64,000 bases of DNA. It comes from Macrostomum lignano (lineage: Eukaryota). Both the position numbers and the translations under genes were made by a program. Numbering within the stretch: the stretch's first letter is position 1; each line of letters starts with the position of its first letter. Positions 36,201-46,560 of this stretch are shown here, piece after piece. Where the stretch lies: assembly GCA_002269645.1 (NCBI GenBank), contig NIVC01000391.1, positions 571,207 through 635,206 on the forward strand, written 5' to 3'. The notes beneath the pieces were generated by a model. That model ran no database searches, was not told where the DNA came from, and was given only the letters and a program-made list of their open reading frames with translations.

Positions 36201-39200
36201 GTTTATCTTGTGTGCCTTTGGTTGTTTATCTTGTGTGACTTTGGTTGTTTATCTTGTGTGACTTTGGTTGTTTATCTTGTGTGACTTTGTTTGTTCATCC
36301 TGTGTCCTTTTGGTTGTTTATCTTGTGTGACTTTGGTTGTTTATCTTGTGTGACTTTGGTTGTTTATCTTGTGTGACTTTGTTTGTTCATCTTGTGTCCT
36401 TTTGGTTGTTTATCTTGTGCCCCTTTGATTGTTTATCGAGTGTCCTTTGATTGTTTATCGACAGTCGTTTGATTGTTTATCTTGTGTGACTTTGTTTGTT
36501 CATCCTGTGTCCTTTTGGTTGTTTATCTTGTGCCCCTTTGATTGTTTATCGAGTGTCCTTTGGTTGATTATCGAGTGTCCTTTGGTTGTTTAGCTTGTGA
36601 GATTTCGGTTGTTTAGCTTGTGAGATTTTGGTTGTTCAGCTTGTGGGATTTTGGTTGTTTATCTGACCTCGTTTCGGTTGTTTATCTTGTATATTTTTGG
36701 TTGTTTTTGTGTAACTTTGGCTGTTTCTTTTGTAATTTTGCCAGCGCCACAGCAGCAAACTGAAATCTCACCGCGCCTTTCATAAACAGCCGAATGGAGC
36801 CATCCGGGCACTGCACCACCATAGACATCCGCTTGCGATCGCTCGTGAACTCAAATTTTGCCAGGGTTTTGTAAACTCGCTCCTGACCAGCCTGACCAAA
36901 AGAGTTGGTGAAATTTAAGTCTTACTCACTTAGTTCTGTAGTTCTCAGTGAGTTCTTAGTAGCAGGTTAACAATAACTTTGATCAAATTTAATTTGGCAG
37001 CGCACGGAATCTACGACCTGTGAAACAGTAGTATCTGTTAGCTTACTAGCAGTAGTGATACAAGAATGCACAGCACTCACAGCCCTGATGGTGACGAATG
37101 TGTCCATTTAGACAGCGGGCACTACACAGCACTCACAGCCCTGATGGTGACGAATGTGTCCATTTAGACAGCGGGCACTACACAGCACTCACAGCCCTGA
37201 TGGTGACGAATGTGTCCATTTAGACAGCGGGCACTACACAGCACTCACAGCCCTGATGGTGACGAATGTGTCCATTTAGACAGCGGGCACTACACAGCAC
37301 TCACAGCCCTGATGGTGACGAATGTGTCCATTTAGACAGCGGGCACTACACAGCACTCACAGCCCTGATGGTGACGAATGTGTTCATTTAGACAGCGTGC
37401 ACTACACAGCACTCACAGCCCTGATAGTGACGAATGTGTTCATTTAGACAGCGGGCACTACACAGCACTCACAGCCCTGATGGTGACGAATGTGTCCAAG
37501 CTGCGATCGCACAACTCGTAGCCGGCCGACTTGGCCGCCACAACCAGGGCGGCCTCGTCAGGCGAACTGGCACTGTAGTCAAGCACGGAGCCGTCAGCCG
37601 CCTTCTCCGGTATGACGGTGTGGCACACGGCCAGCACGGTCAGGAACAGGTCCAGCTCGGCCGGGGCGGCGCCGCCGTCCACCAGCTGGCGGATGGCGCC
37701 GACGCCGGATTTGAACTGCAGGGCGCCGGTCTCGGCGTTTGTGTCCACCTCGCCATAGACTCGGCCGGCCACGCTGGCGCCCTGGAACACCATGCAGTTC
37801 TGCGTCAGGGTGCCCGTCTTGTCCGAGAAGACGAAATTAATCTGGCCGAGCTCCTCGTTCAAGCTGGAGGTGCGCGCCTCAGCCGCGATGTCGCTGGATT
37901 CCTCGTACATGTCCAAATCCTGAGCGCGTAGTTATTGTTTTAAAATAAAAAAACTCGAATAAAACTCGCATTTTTACTGTAAGTAGTTTACGTGCATGTT
38001 TTATTTAAGCCAGGACACTTACGCATTGAATAAAATAGGCCTGAAAGATTCGCATGAACTCCAGCGTCACTTGCAGCGATATTGGCACAATCGTGTGGAA
38101 CGTGATGAATGCCGTGATCAGCATAGAGCCGAAGTGGGAAATCGACAGCACTGCAATTGGCGTTGGTGAGGCGACACCGAAGCATGCAGTGGGTTAAATG
38201 CTTCACTCCGGCTCGAACTTTGAAGCTCATGTAGTGATCCGCTAGTTGATGTTAGGCGTCCCACTTTGTCAGCAGTCTCCCTCGCCCTCGCCCTGGGTTG
38301 CTGTCTGCCGCTGGTCAGCTTCCCACCCCCCTTGGCCCGTCTGTTGCTGCCCTTGGCCTGTTCTGCCCTTCTGCGTCTCTGTTCTCAGCCCTCAGCTTCT
38401 CTGCTGTGGGCTGTCTCTGTTTCGTTCCCGTCCCGTTTTCCTCTGTCATGTGAGCAAGTCACATGACAGACTCTGCGTTCTTCGAGTCCTAAAGTGCAGT
38501 AAACATGTTTACTGCACTCGTTGGCCCTGTTTACCGGGAGAATCACGTGCTTTCGGAACCCTCCCTTCTCTAAGGAGAGGAGTGACTCATGTTGCTAAAA
38601 ATAGCAACTGAGTCACAGCCGCGTGTACTCTGGCCGGAGACCTCAAGTGACGTCAGTTCTAAAAATAGAACGAGTCACGAGGTCTTGCGCGCACTGAGAC
38701 CCTGCCTCGAGATCTCAAGTGACGTCAGTTCTAAAAATAGAACAAGTCACGAGGTCTTGTGCGTGGGTGTTTCCCGGCTATAAATAGGACCCCTCTCCCC
38801 TTGTTTCCGTCAAGGATTTTGGCTTCTTATCTGCGGAGAATTCACTAAGAACCCGTGTGCGTCAGTGTCTAACTAAGTGCCCTTTGCGTACTGAATCCGT
38901 TTGTACTGGTCTGACTGAGACCCCACAAAAGCCCAAGCCTAAGGGAGGCTAACACTGCCTTCCCAGCCACCCCTGAGCCCGGCGGGGATCTGCTGATCAG
39001 GACGCCTTGTTCATTAATCTGCAAATCTGCACACTGTGCTGAGTTCGTTGACTTGTTTATTTCGTTCCGACGGGAAGCTCACCTCATCGAAGGCCGAGAC
39101 CTGAAGGAACTGGTGGCAGCACTACCTACGCTACTGAGAGAGTTGAGAGAACTTCCCACTGAAGAGGCTCAAGATTAAGGTAATCCGCAAGGGCCTAAAC

Positions 39201-39398
39201 CGGGAAGAAAACCCATTGTACTTCACTGGTGGCAGCGGTGGGATTCAAAGACCTACCAGGCCACCCCGAGAAAAACGCTATCTATTTCACTCATAGAGTG
39301 TCGGATAGGAAATAGACGTCAGAATAAAGATGAAACCAGACACAATGTTACTACGAGATGTAGACAGACAGACAGACAGAGAGACAGACAGACAGACC

Positions 39399-39439
<41 letters not shown>

Positions 39440-39587
39440 CCAGACAGACACTAAGACGGACAGACAGACAGACAGGCAGACAGACAGACAGACAGACACT
39501 CTGACACTAAGACAGACACTAAGACAGACAGACAGGCAGACAGACAGACAGACAGACAGACAGACAGGCAGACAGACAGACAGACAC

Positions 39588-39630
<43 letters not shown>

Positions 39631-41892
39631 CACAGACAGACACACAGACAGACAGACAGACAGACAGACACACAGACAGACAGACAGACAGACAGACACA
39701 CAGACAGACAGACAGACAGACACACAGACAGACAGACAGACAGTGCAGCTGCACTCACCATTCTCAGGAATGTACCAGGCCACGGTGCCGGCAGTGCCGG
39801 TCCACCAGGCATTAGCAATGGAGGTAAACAGAGTCAGGAAGGCCAGAATGGCCATGAGCAGCAGAAAGTACCGATTGGACTCCTGCTCAACCCGGGACCG
39901 CTTCAGCGGCACAGACTTGGAGTTCTTCATCACCTTGGTGTCGGGGCCAGTGTACACAACTAGGCCAATCACGAAGCCAGTCTTGCGCAGGCAGGTGCCT
40001 CTCATCAGCAGCTGATTGAGGCTGACTGCCAGGCGCTCCGAGCCGCCCTCGGGCTGCTGCAGCAGCAGGGAGCCCTTGAACTTGCTAGTGTCATCGTTCG
40101 GCGGCTCGCATATCAGACGGCCCTGTGGGAAGCACAGAGGCGGGCGCAGCGGCTGCTAGCTGGACTCAAACTATTCAGTTGAATTTGCCCCAGATCCCAG
40201 GATTCGCACCTGCAGAGCCACCAGCTGATGCGGCTGAGTCAGCTCGGCGGTGGCTGGCAGAGCCTGCCGCACCTTCAAGTTGGTCTCGCCGTCCAGATTG
40301 GCAGTTTCAATGTAGCAGATGCCCTTGGCCTCGGAGCTGGACAGCAGCAGGATGTCGGCGGGCAGCAGGCAGTTGCTCTCCACACGGACCATGTCGCCAA
40401 CCTGAAGATGCTTCCATCTGGCCTCGTGCCAAGTCGAGTGGCGAAGAATTTTTGTTTTACTGTTGTTCACCCGCTGGTCGGTGCGAAGGCGGCCCTGATA
40501 AAAGTAAAAATTTAAAAAAAATTTTGAGTCACGTGACCTGCAGGTACGATATAACAACAGTAATTTTGATCTTTAAATGGTCGCGTGACTTATTGATTTA
40601 ACTTATTGATATTGGAGACAGTGGCCTGAAGTCATTCAGAATAGACACGATAGCAGGTCACGTGACTATTAGATAACTTATTATTGCAGAGGATGACCCG
40701 AAGTCAGTCAGAATAGACACGATAGCAGGTCACGTGACTATTAGATAACTTATTGCAGAGGATGACCCGAAGTCATTCAGAATAGACACGATAGCAGGTC
40801 ACGTGACTCATAGATAACTTATTGCAGAGGATGACCCGAAGTCATTCAGAATAGACACGATAGCAGGTCACGTGACTCATAGATAACTTATTGCAGAGGA
40901 TGATCCGAAGTCATTCAGAATAGACACGATAGCAGGTCACGTGACTCATAGATAACTTATTGCAGAGGATGATCCGAAGTCATTCAGAATAGACACGATA
41001 GCAGGTCACGTGACTCATAGATAACTTATTGCAGAGGATGATCCGAAGTCATTCAGAATAGACACGATAGCAGGTCACGTGACTCATAGATAACTTATTG
41101 CAGAGGATGATCCGAAGTCATTCAGAATAGACACGATAGCAGGTCACGTGACTCATAGGTAATTTATGGCAGATTATACGACTTCAAGTTTAGCAGTGGG
41201 CAGCTCACCCAGTCCTCCACAACCTCCTTGATGACAGTCAGCAGCATGATAATGCCTAACGGTACCGCCGTGGTGAACCGGCCAGTGGGCGACAGGCCGG
41301 GAATTTGCTGGACAATGAGGTGGGTTTAAGAGGGGATTTAAACCAGCACAGCATCTCATCTCCCATCACTGAAAAGTTGTATCTGAGCAGAAGCAAAGAA
41401 ACTAAGGTAATACTGATATAACTGAGTCAATCAGTTTAATCAGTAACCAAAACCGATAATATTTTTTAAATAATTATAGACTAATTGACCAAACAAATAA
41501 ATTTTGGCTGGAGGGCTGCAAGCGGCCTGGCACAAGGCCTTTGGCGACATCGCCCACAACCAGTGCTGAGGCCATTCTGCCCATTCCACAGACTCCTGAG
41601 CTCATTCAAGCGCATCAATACTGTACGCAGACAGGCACTCACATACATGCTCACCACTTACTAACCTGAAGCAAAGCAACAACAAAGAAGAAAGCATTGG
41701 GCGCTTTGCGAAATTGTTCGAACAAAAATTTTGGCCAGAAGGTTAACAGCGTGTACTTTGTAGTGCTGATGGAGTTCAGTTTAAATGGCGACTTGCCATC
41801 AATGCTGGCCCTGTTGAGTTCCACAAACCGCTCTTTGTAGGCTGCTGAGGCACCAGGCTCCTGGGAGCTTTGACTGTGCAAGGCTGCATAGC
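27268..41892 (-). CDS. ATP8A1: P4-type phospholipid-transporting ATPase (flippase), ATP8A1/ATP8A2/Drs2 class; at least 13 exons, 5' exon uncertain
   Basis: Exons 41666-41892, 41209-41307, 40210-40494, 39759-40122, 38023-38150, 37473-37919, 36772-36891, 35782-36003, 34302-34832, 33009-33375, 31515-31989, 30228-30343 and 27268-27365, all phase-compatible. Motifs [14 protein letters not shown] (QQ), [39 protein letters not shown] and C-terminal GYAFS. There is no in-frame ATG in the 41.9-kb exon; a candidate first exon at 43848-43923 would give 1,184 aa. Confidence 0.92.
27445..30160. repeat. 33-bp minisatellite (GAGATGGAATTCAGGAATCTCACCCTATACATT)n, last flippase intron
   Basis: About 2.7 kb directly visible. 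Confidence 0.97.
30735..31475. repeat. 44-bp minisatellite (GGTTCCTTGGTTGCTGAGTCAGGATTAGTTGGTTGCTAAGTGGG)n, flippase intron
   Basis: Directly visible. Confidence 0.92.
32055..32910. repeat. 21-bp minisatellite (CTGCTTCAATCTGCCTCTCCT)n, flippase intron
   Basis: Directly visible; gives the spurious heptad ORF (ERQIEAE)n. Confidence 0.96.
33500..34255. repeat. 21-bp minisatellite (ATGCCACTTCTAGAATCTAAC)n, flippase intron
   Basis: Near-homogeneous copies visible. Confidence 0.97.
34865..35645. repeat. 31-bp minisatellite (AATCCCATGACTTCACCCGAAATGTGTCACG)n, flippase intron
   Basis: Directly visible. Confidence 0.95.
36010..36700. repeat. 23-bp minisatellite (TTTGGTTGTTTATCTTGTGTGAC)n, flippase intron
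   Basis: Directly visible, degenerating toward 36.7 kb. Confidence 0.92.
37069..37497. repeat. 56-bp tandem repeat that duplicates an exon end plus its 5' splice site
   Basis: Units start at 37069, 37125, 37181, 37237, 37293, 37349, 37405 and 37461; the last copy is the real exon/intron junction. Confidence 0.96.
38221..39246 (+). mobile_element. LTR-retrotransposon remnant (LTR + tRNA-Leu primer-binding site), antisense within a flippase intron
   Basis: TGGTGGCAGCGGTGGGATTC at 39227-39246 is complementary to the 3' end (including CCA) of tRNA-Leu(AAG/TAG)-type tRNAs and follows ...CTTCA. TATAAATA at 38779; an internal direct repeat with 72-bp spacing contains TGACGTCA (38648, 38720). The left boundary is uncertain (TGAAG at 38221 or TGTTAG at 38250). 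No gag/pol follows. Confidence 0.75.
39360..39742. repeat. (GACA)n microsatellite, flippase intron
   Basis: Directly visible. Confidence 0.97.
40630..41160. repeat. 69-bp minisatellite, each unit containing GTCACGTGAC, flippase intron
   Basis: Motif at 40657, 40729, 40798, 40867, 40936, 41005, 41074 and 41143; solitary copy at 40528. Confidence 0.95.
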
Positions 41893-42489
41893 CTGCATGT
41901 ATAGGAAATTAATAGGTGAAAGAGTATGTGGTGAAGGATTATGGCTATTATATGGCTCAATGGCTATTGAGTATGCAATCAGGATAAGATTAATTAACAA
42001 TTTTATTTGTGATAAGGATAAAACTAACTCTATAGATAATAAAACATTAGCTAATTTAAAATAGTCTAAGATATTAGAGTAGAATTTGTTGAAAACTATA
42101 ATAGCAACTTTAAGATATCAAAAAATCACTAACAGATGAAAAAAATAACTATACTGAAGTAAAGACACATATACCATTGTGCTATTAATATCTACAATGT
42201 TATCAATTGCGATATAATACCACTATTTAAAAAAGTTTTATTTTTAGAAGCAAATTATCTAAAAAAAGTATGCAGTGTATCATATTGAATTTTATTCATA
42301 TTTATAAAATAATTACATTACTTTTGAAAGTACTTTTTTTTACTTTTAAAAATCAGTATTTATTATTTTATTTTTGTTTGTTTTTGTTTTTTATTTGTCA
42401 GTCTTTAAAATACTCAAACTGCCTTAATGTCTACCTATTCTTTATATTCTAATATTCATTATGTATTTTATCAAAAAAAGAAACATTTT

Positions 42490-42670
42490 GTATATATATT
42501 GTACATATTATACATATTATATATAATATATAATTATACATATTATATTATGTATTATTATATATTATATTATGTATAATTATATATTATATACATATTA
42601 TATTATGTATAATATATTAATAATATATAATTATACATACATATTATATTTTGTATTAATAAAATATATA
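42490..42670. repeat. AT-rich low-complexity (TATAT/ATT) tract
   Basis: Directly visible. Confidence 0.85.
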
Positions 42671-45600
42671 TCTAGAGGCATATATTTATTATACCATTAG
42701 CTGATATTTTAAGAAACTTGTACTCTGTAGGAATTTTAAAATGATTTTTTCTTTGATTAATAAAGAAATATATACTTCCCAGATTCCTATATTATGTCAA
42801 TATAATTTAGTCAAACCTGAATGGGAAGATTCTTTATAGGGATTGTTTTTTTCACTTTTTTTAATACATTTTATGAATGATTTTATTATTAGAAACCTAT
42901 TTAAGATTAGGTTAAAAAATTTGAAACCTTAGAAAATGACTTAAGCAAAAGGTCAATAGCCAATATATATGCACAATATAGCTGGCTAGCAAAGGTGAGG
43001 CCTAACAAATTTGGTATAAATCAAAAAGGTAATGCATATATGATAGGCCGATAGGGGCCTAGCCAACTGCTAGGGTATAGTCAATGGAAAGTTTTAAGAT
43101 AGAAAGATTTATATAAGCACTAGAGATAGGCCTATATTTTTTCTATTAAACCAAACTTGATAATTAATTTAGGCCAATATATAAATATATAAATGAACTA
43201 GAAGTGCCTAAGGCCCAATCTTATCAAAATTATAAAATTAATTACAATATCAACTTGAAAAAATCATTATCATATATTTTTAGTTTCATACTTTAAAACT
43301 TTAAAACATTTATTTCTTTTTTAATTTGAAAAATTGTTTGTTTTTTAATACATTTTTGGAAGCTAGGCCTACTTTGTAACAAATTGCTATTTTTTAATAT
43401 TGGCATTAGGAATAACTAAAAGAAAGTGGTTGTCTTATTTTTTGTTTTTTGTCTTTTCAAGTATCTCTGAAAATAAATGTTTGACAAAAGTTTTTAATAG
43501 CCATTAAAGGATCAATTTTTTTGGATAAGGCAAGGTTGGTTTGTTATCTTAGCGTATAACTTAGATGAAGTATCAACTTACTTCTACCTACTCTACTTAC
43601 TTGAGCCTATTTACTATATAACTATTGTCTATATTGTGGTAAAAAATATCTTAGGCCTAGAAAGCAGGCCAGGCCCCTAGTATTGAATTATAAGTTTTTA
43701 ATTTTAGGCTTATTAGATAATATTGAATTTAATTCTGCATATAGGTATTAATGTAAGAAAAGAGCATTTCTATATAATTTGCCATAATAGTATACAAAAC
43801 AAATCCAAGCATTGTCATTGACTCATTATTCATTAGGCCTAACAAACCTGGTAAATCTGGAACATCCTCAAGAGTGCCACCAGGGTTGTGAGTTGCACTA
43901 TTGTTCTCATTGGTGTCACTCATTTTAATTTAAATTTAATATTTTTTTAGCAGTACATACAGGCTAGGCTTACATAGAAGACTTAAATCTTTTCTGCCAC
44001 TTACTCTTACTTTTCTACATAAAATTAGAATAGAAACTTTATTTTCTAGGTCTCAGGCCTAGTCCACAAGTCAAATGATTCTTGAGGTCTGGCGCTAACT
44101 TTGTTAGGTTTCAGTATTAAGTCCTTAAAGAAGATTCATATTATTGATTACCACGATACTGACGGCTCGTGTTTGCTAGGCATTGCCTTTTAGGCCTAGG
44201 CTATTCTTATAAAATTTAAAACACAGCAGCAGATAAATAAAATATTTTGCCTTTCCTAGAAAATAATATTCGACTTATGTTATTAAAACAACTCCTTATT
44301 AGAAACTTTGTAAAACAAGTAATGTAATAAACAAATATTGATATCTGCTATTATCTTTTCATTTATCGAGAATGACTAAACGTGTAACTTGCGTAATTGC
44401 TTTTTAAAAATTAACCTAAGACTAATAATGTTTAGTCACTGAAGGCGACAATGAGCCTTTTCATATTGCTTGTTCTGGTTCCAGAACCAGAACCAATTTG
44501 TGAAGTATAACATTTTGTCTCCATAACTAGAGGGAGATGCGTGCTATAAAGTTTTTATTATTGAATGACAATCGCCAAGAAGAAAGTGAAAAATTGTGCT
44601 AAGTGAGGTTGTTAAGGCAGTCAAACATTAAACAGAATTAAACAGCAGTTATACTGCTGTTCACGACACGTGCTTGGATCTTCGGATCTTCTTGGAAGAT
44701 CCGAACCGATTCTGATTCTGGAATTGGTAATATGAAAAGCCTCTCAGCTCATCTCACCAAGGACGACTTAAGTAGGACGGGAAACCTCGTTTCTTAGAAA
44801 ATTTTAGGAGGCAGGTTTTCCCGAAAAAATACTACGGAGATAGGAAGTTTTCATTTTTCAGCACAAAATTGCTATTGCTTTTGATAAGAGGCAGATCCAG
44901 TGTTCATCTTTTGATATATTGTGCCTTTCTTATATTGCTCGATCGATATATATTCATGGAGCTTTTCGTTCAGAAAATTAGGATTCTATGTGAATTTTTA
45001 TTCTACGTACATTTGCACGTGCCTTGTGCCTAAAAACCATTGAAATGGCACAGCTCAGCTCTTTGGTTTTATGAGTCTATTTTATCATTCTTAGCTGACT
45101 GTGTAACAGATATTTGTAACAGAGATGATAAAATAGATTCATAAAACCAAAGATTCGAGTTGTGTCATGCATTTTTATGAATTTTAGGTAAGAAGAAAAC
45201 CAGTCAGTCAGACCTACGTGCAGTGCTTGACGACAGAGCATCGAACAGAAGATGGAATAATAGATGAAGACACATTGCCACAGGCTGCGGACAGGCAAGC
45301 CAAGCCATTTATAGAACCATGAAAGCAAAACCATGGGAGCACGGCAGTTTTTTGCAGCTGCAATATGCAAAGAAGATCTCAGGCTCTCTCTTTAGAGTTA
45401 ATGGATGTATACTAAAGCGAAACTTTAGAATTTAAACAAAACCTTTTACGAGCTATCTCCCTGAATTTGAGAATTCAAAGGTAGAAAAGGGAAAAAAGAC
45501 ACATTGATTAATTAGCCCAATCTATTGTAGACTAGCAACTAAAGCCAATGAACTTCTGTGAGAGGGAGTAGACTTTGCAACCTTGAAGTTGGCAGGGGAA

Positions 45601-46011
45601 ACCAAGGGGAAGCCTAAGCAATCGATTCCAGCGAGCAGAGAAGCCGTGTGAGAATAACGCGGACGAAAAATACAGACTGGGCCAAAGCTTTCAGAGAAAA
45701 CAAACTGAGATCAATGAATTCGCAGGAGCCTAGGGAGTTACAACTTAGACCTGATGAAGCAGTTTTTGGCATCAAGAGCTATTTTGCTGTAAAAAGTGAG
45801 ACGAAGCAACTGAAATAGGTAAGTAGGTCGACGCGCTTCGATTAACTTTGATAACTCTCACGCGATATAGGGAAGAATCATATTGAATTGAAGCGATATA
45901 AAGGGCATAAGATATAAGAGTAAAATTTACGACCAGAATTTCGTAATGTGTGACAAAAAACAACAAAAATACGAAACCGGTGTGCCCAATAGGATGAGAA
46001 CTTAAGAGTCA

Positions 46012-46110
46012 AAATGGAGCCTGAACTTTTAAATTCAGCAACCTTGCAATGTCCTTTGGGTGTTCACCTCTGTCGAGAGCTTCGATCACAAGCCAATGTC
46101 ATTCGTTCGA
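46012..46110 (-). pseudogene. Possible Tc1/pogo-type N-terminal helix-turn-helix fragment
   Basis: LVIEALDRGEHPKDIARLLNLK resembles transposase HTH motifs; short and preceded by a stop codon. Confidence 0.3.
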
Positions 46111-46560
46111 CTGCCCAGCATATGGTCCAAAATTCTGGGGCTGATGTGGCTCCTCCGCAGCAGTTGCAAATGGAGCTATGGACCAAATTGATGCTTGTTG
46201 GACCAAATTAAATGCCGCTGTGCATTGGCAAACATGTCTTGGATTAAATTCAATGCGCGTAAGCCCAAATGGGCTGCAAAAAGCTATATTTTTAATTGTT
46301 CTTTTCAGGACCCTCTAGTATTGACAAATAGATCAAGCCTACTGGCAACGCTTCTGATTGTCACACGCTAGAGCAGATATTTTGACCATAGACTATGGTC
46401 TAATATTTATTGGCTCGTAGTACGCGTTCAACGATTGCGTGCAGACAATTTTCGCAGGGAAAAAATATGAATATGAGAACAACAAGCAAAAAGCGAAACA
46501 AATACGACTCATGTATTGTAAGTACAACAAAACGTGGTGAACACAGATGTTATTGCCCTG

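Noticed and set aside
36010-36700. Forkhead-like TGTTTAT in every 23-bp unit (possible FOXJ1 array)
   Set aside because: A 7-mer in a T/G-rich unit is too likely by chance to report as a finding without enrichment statistics.
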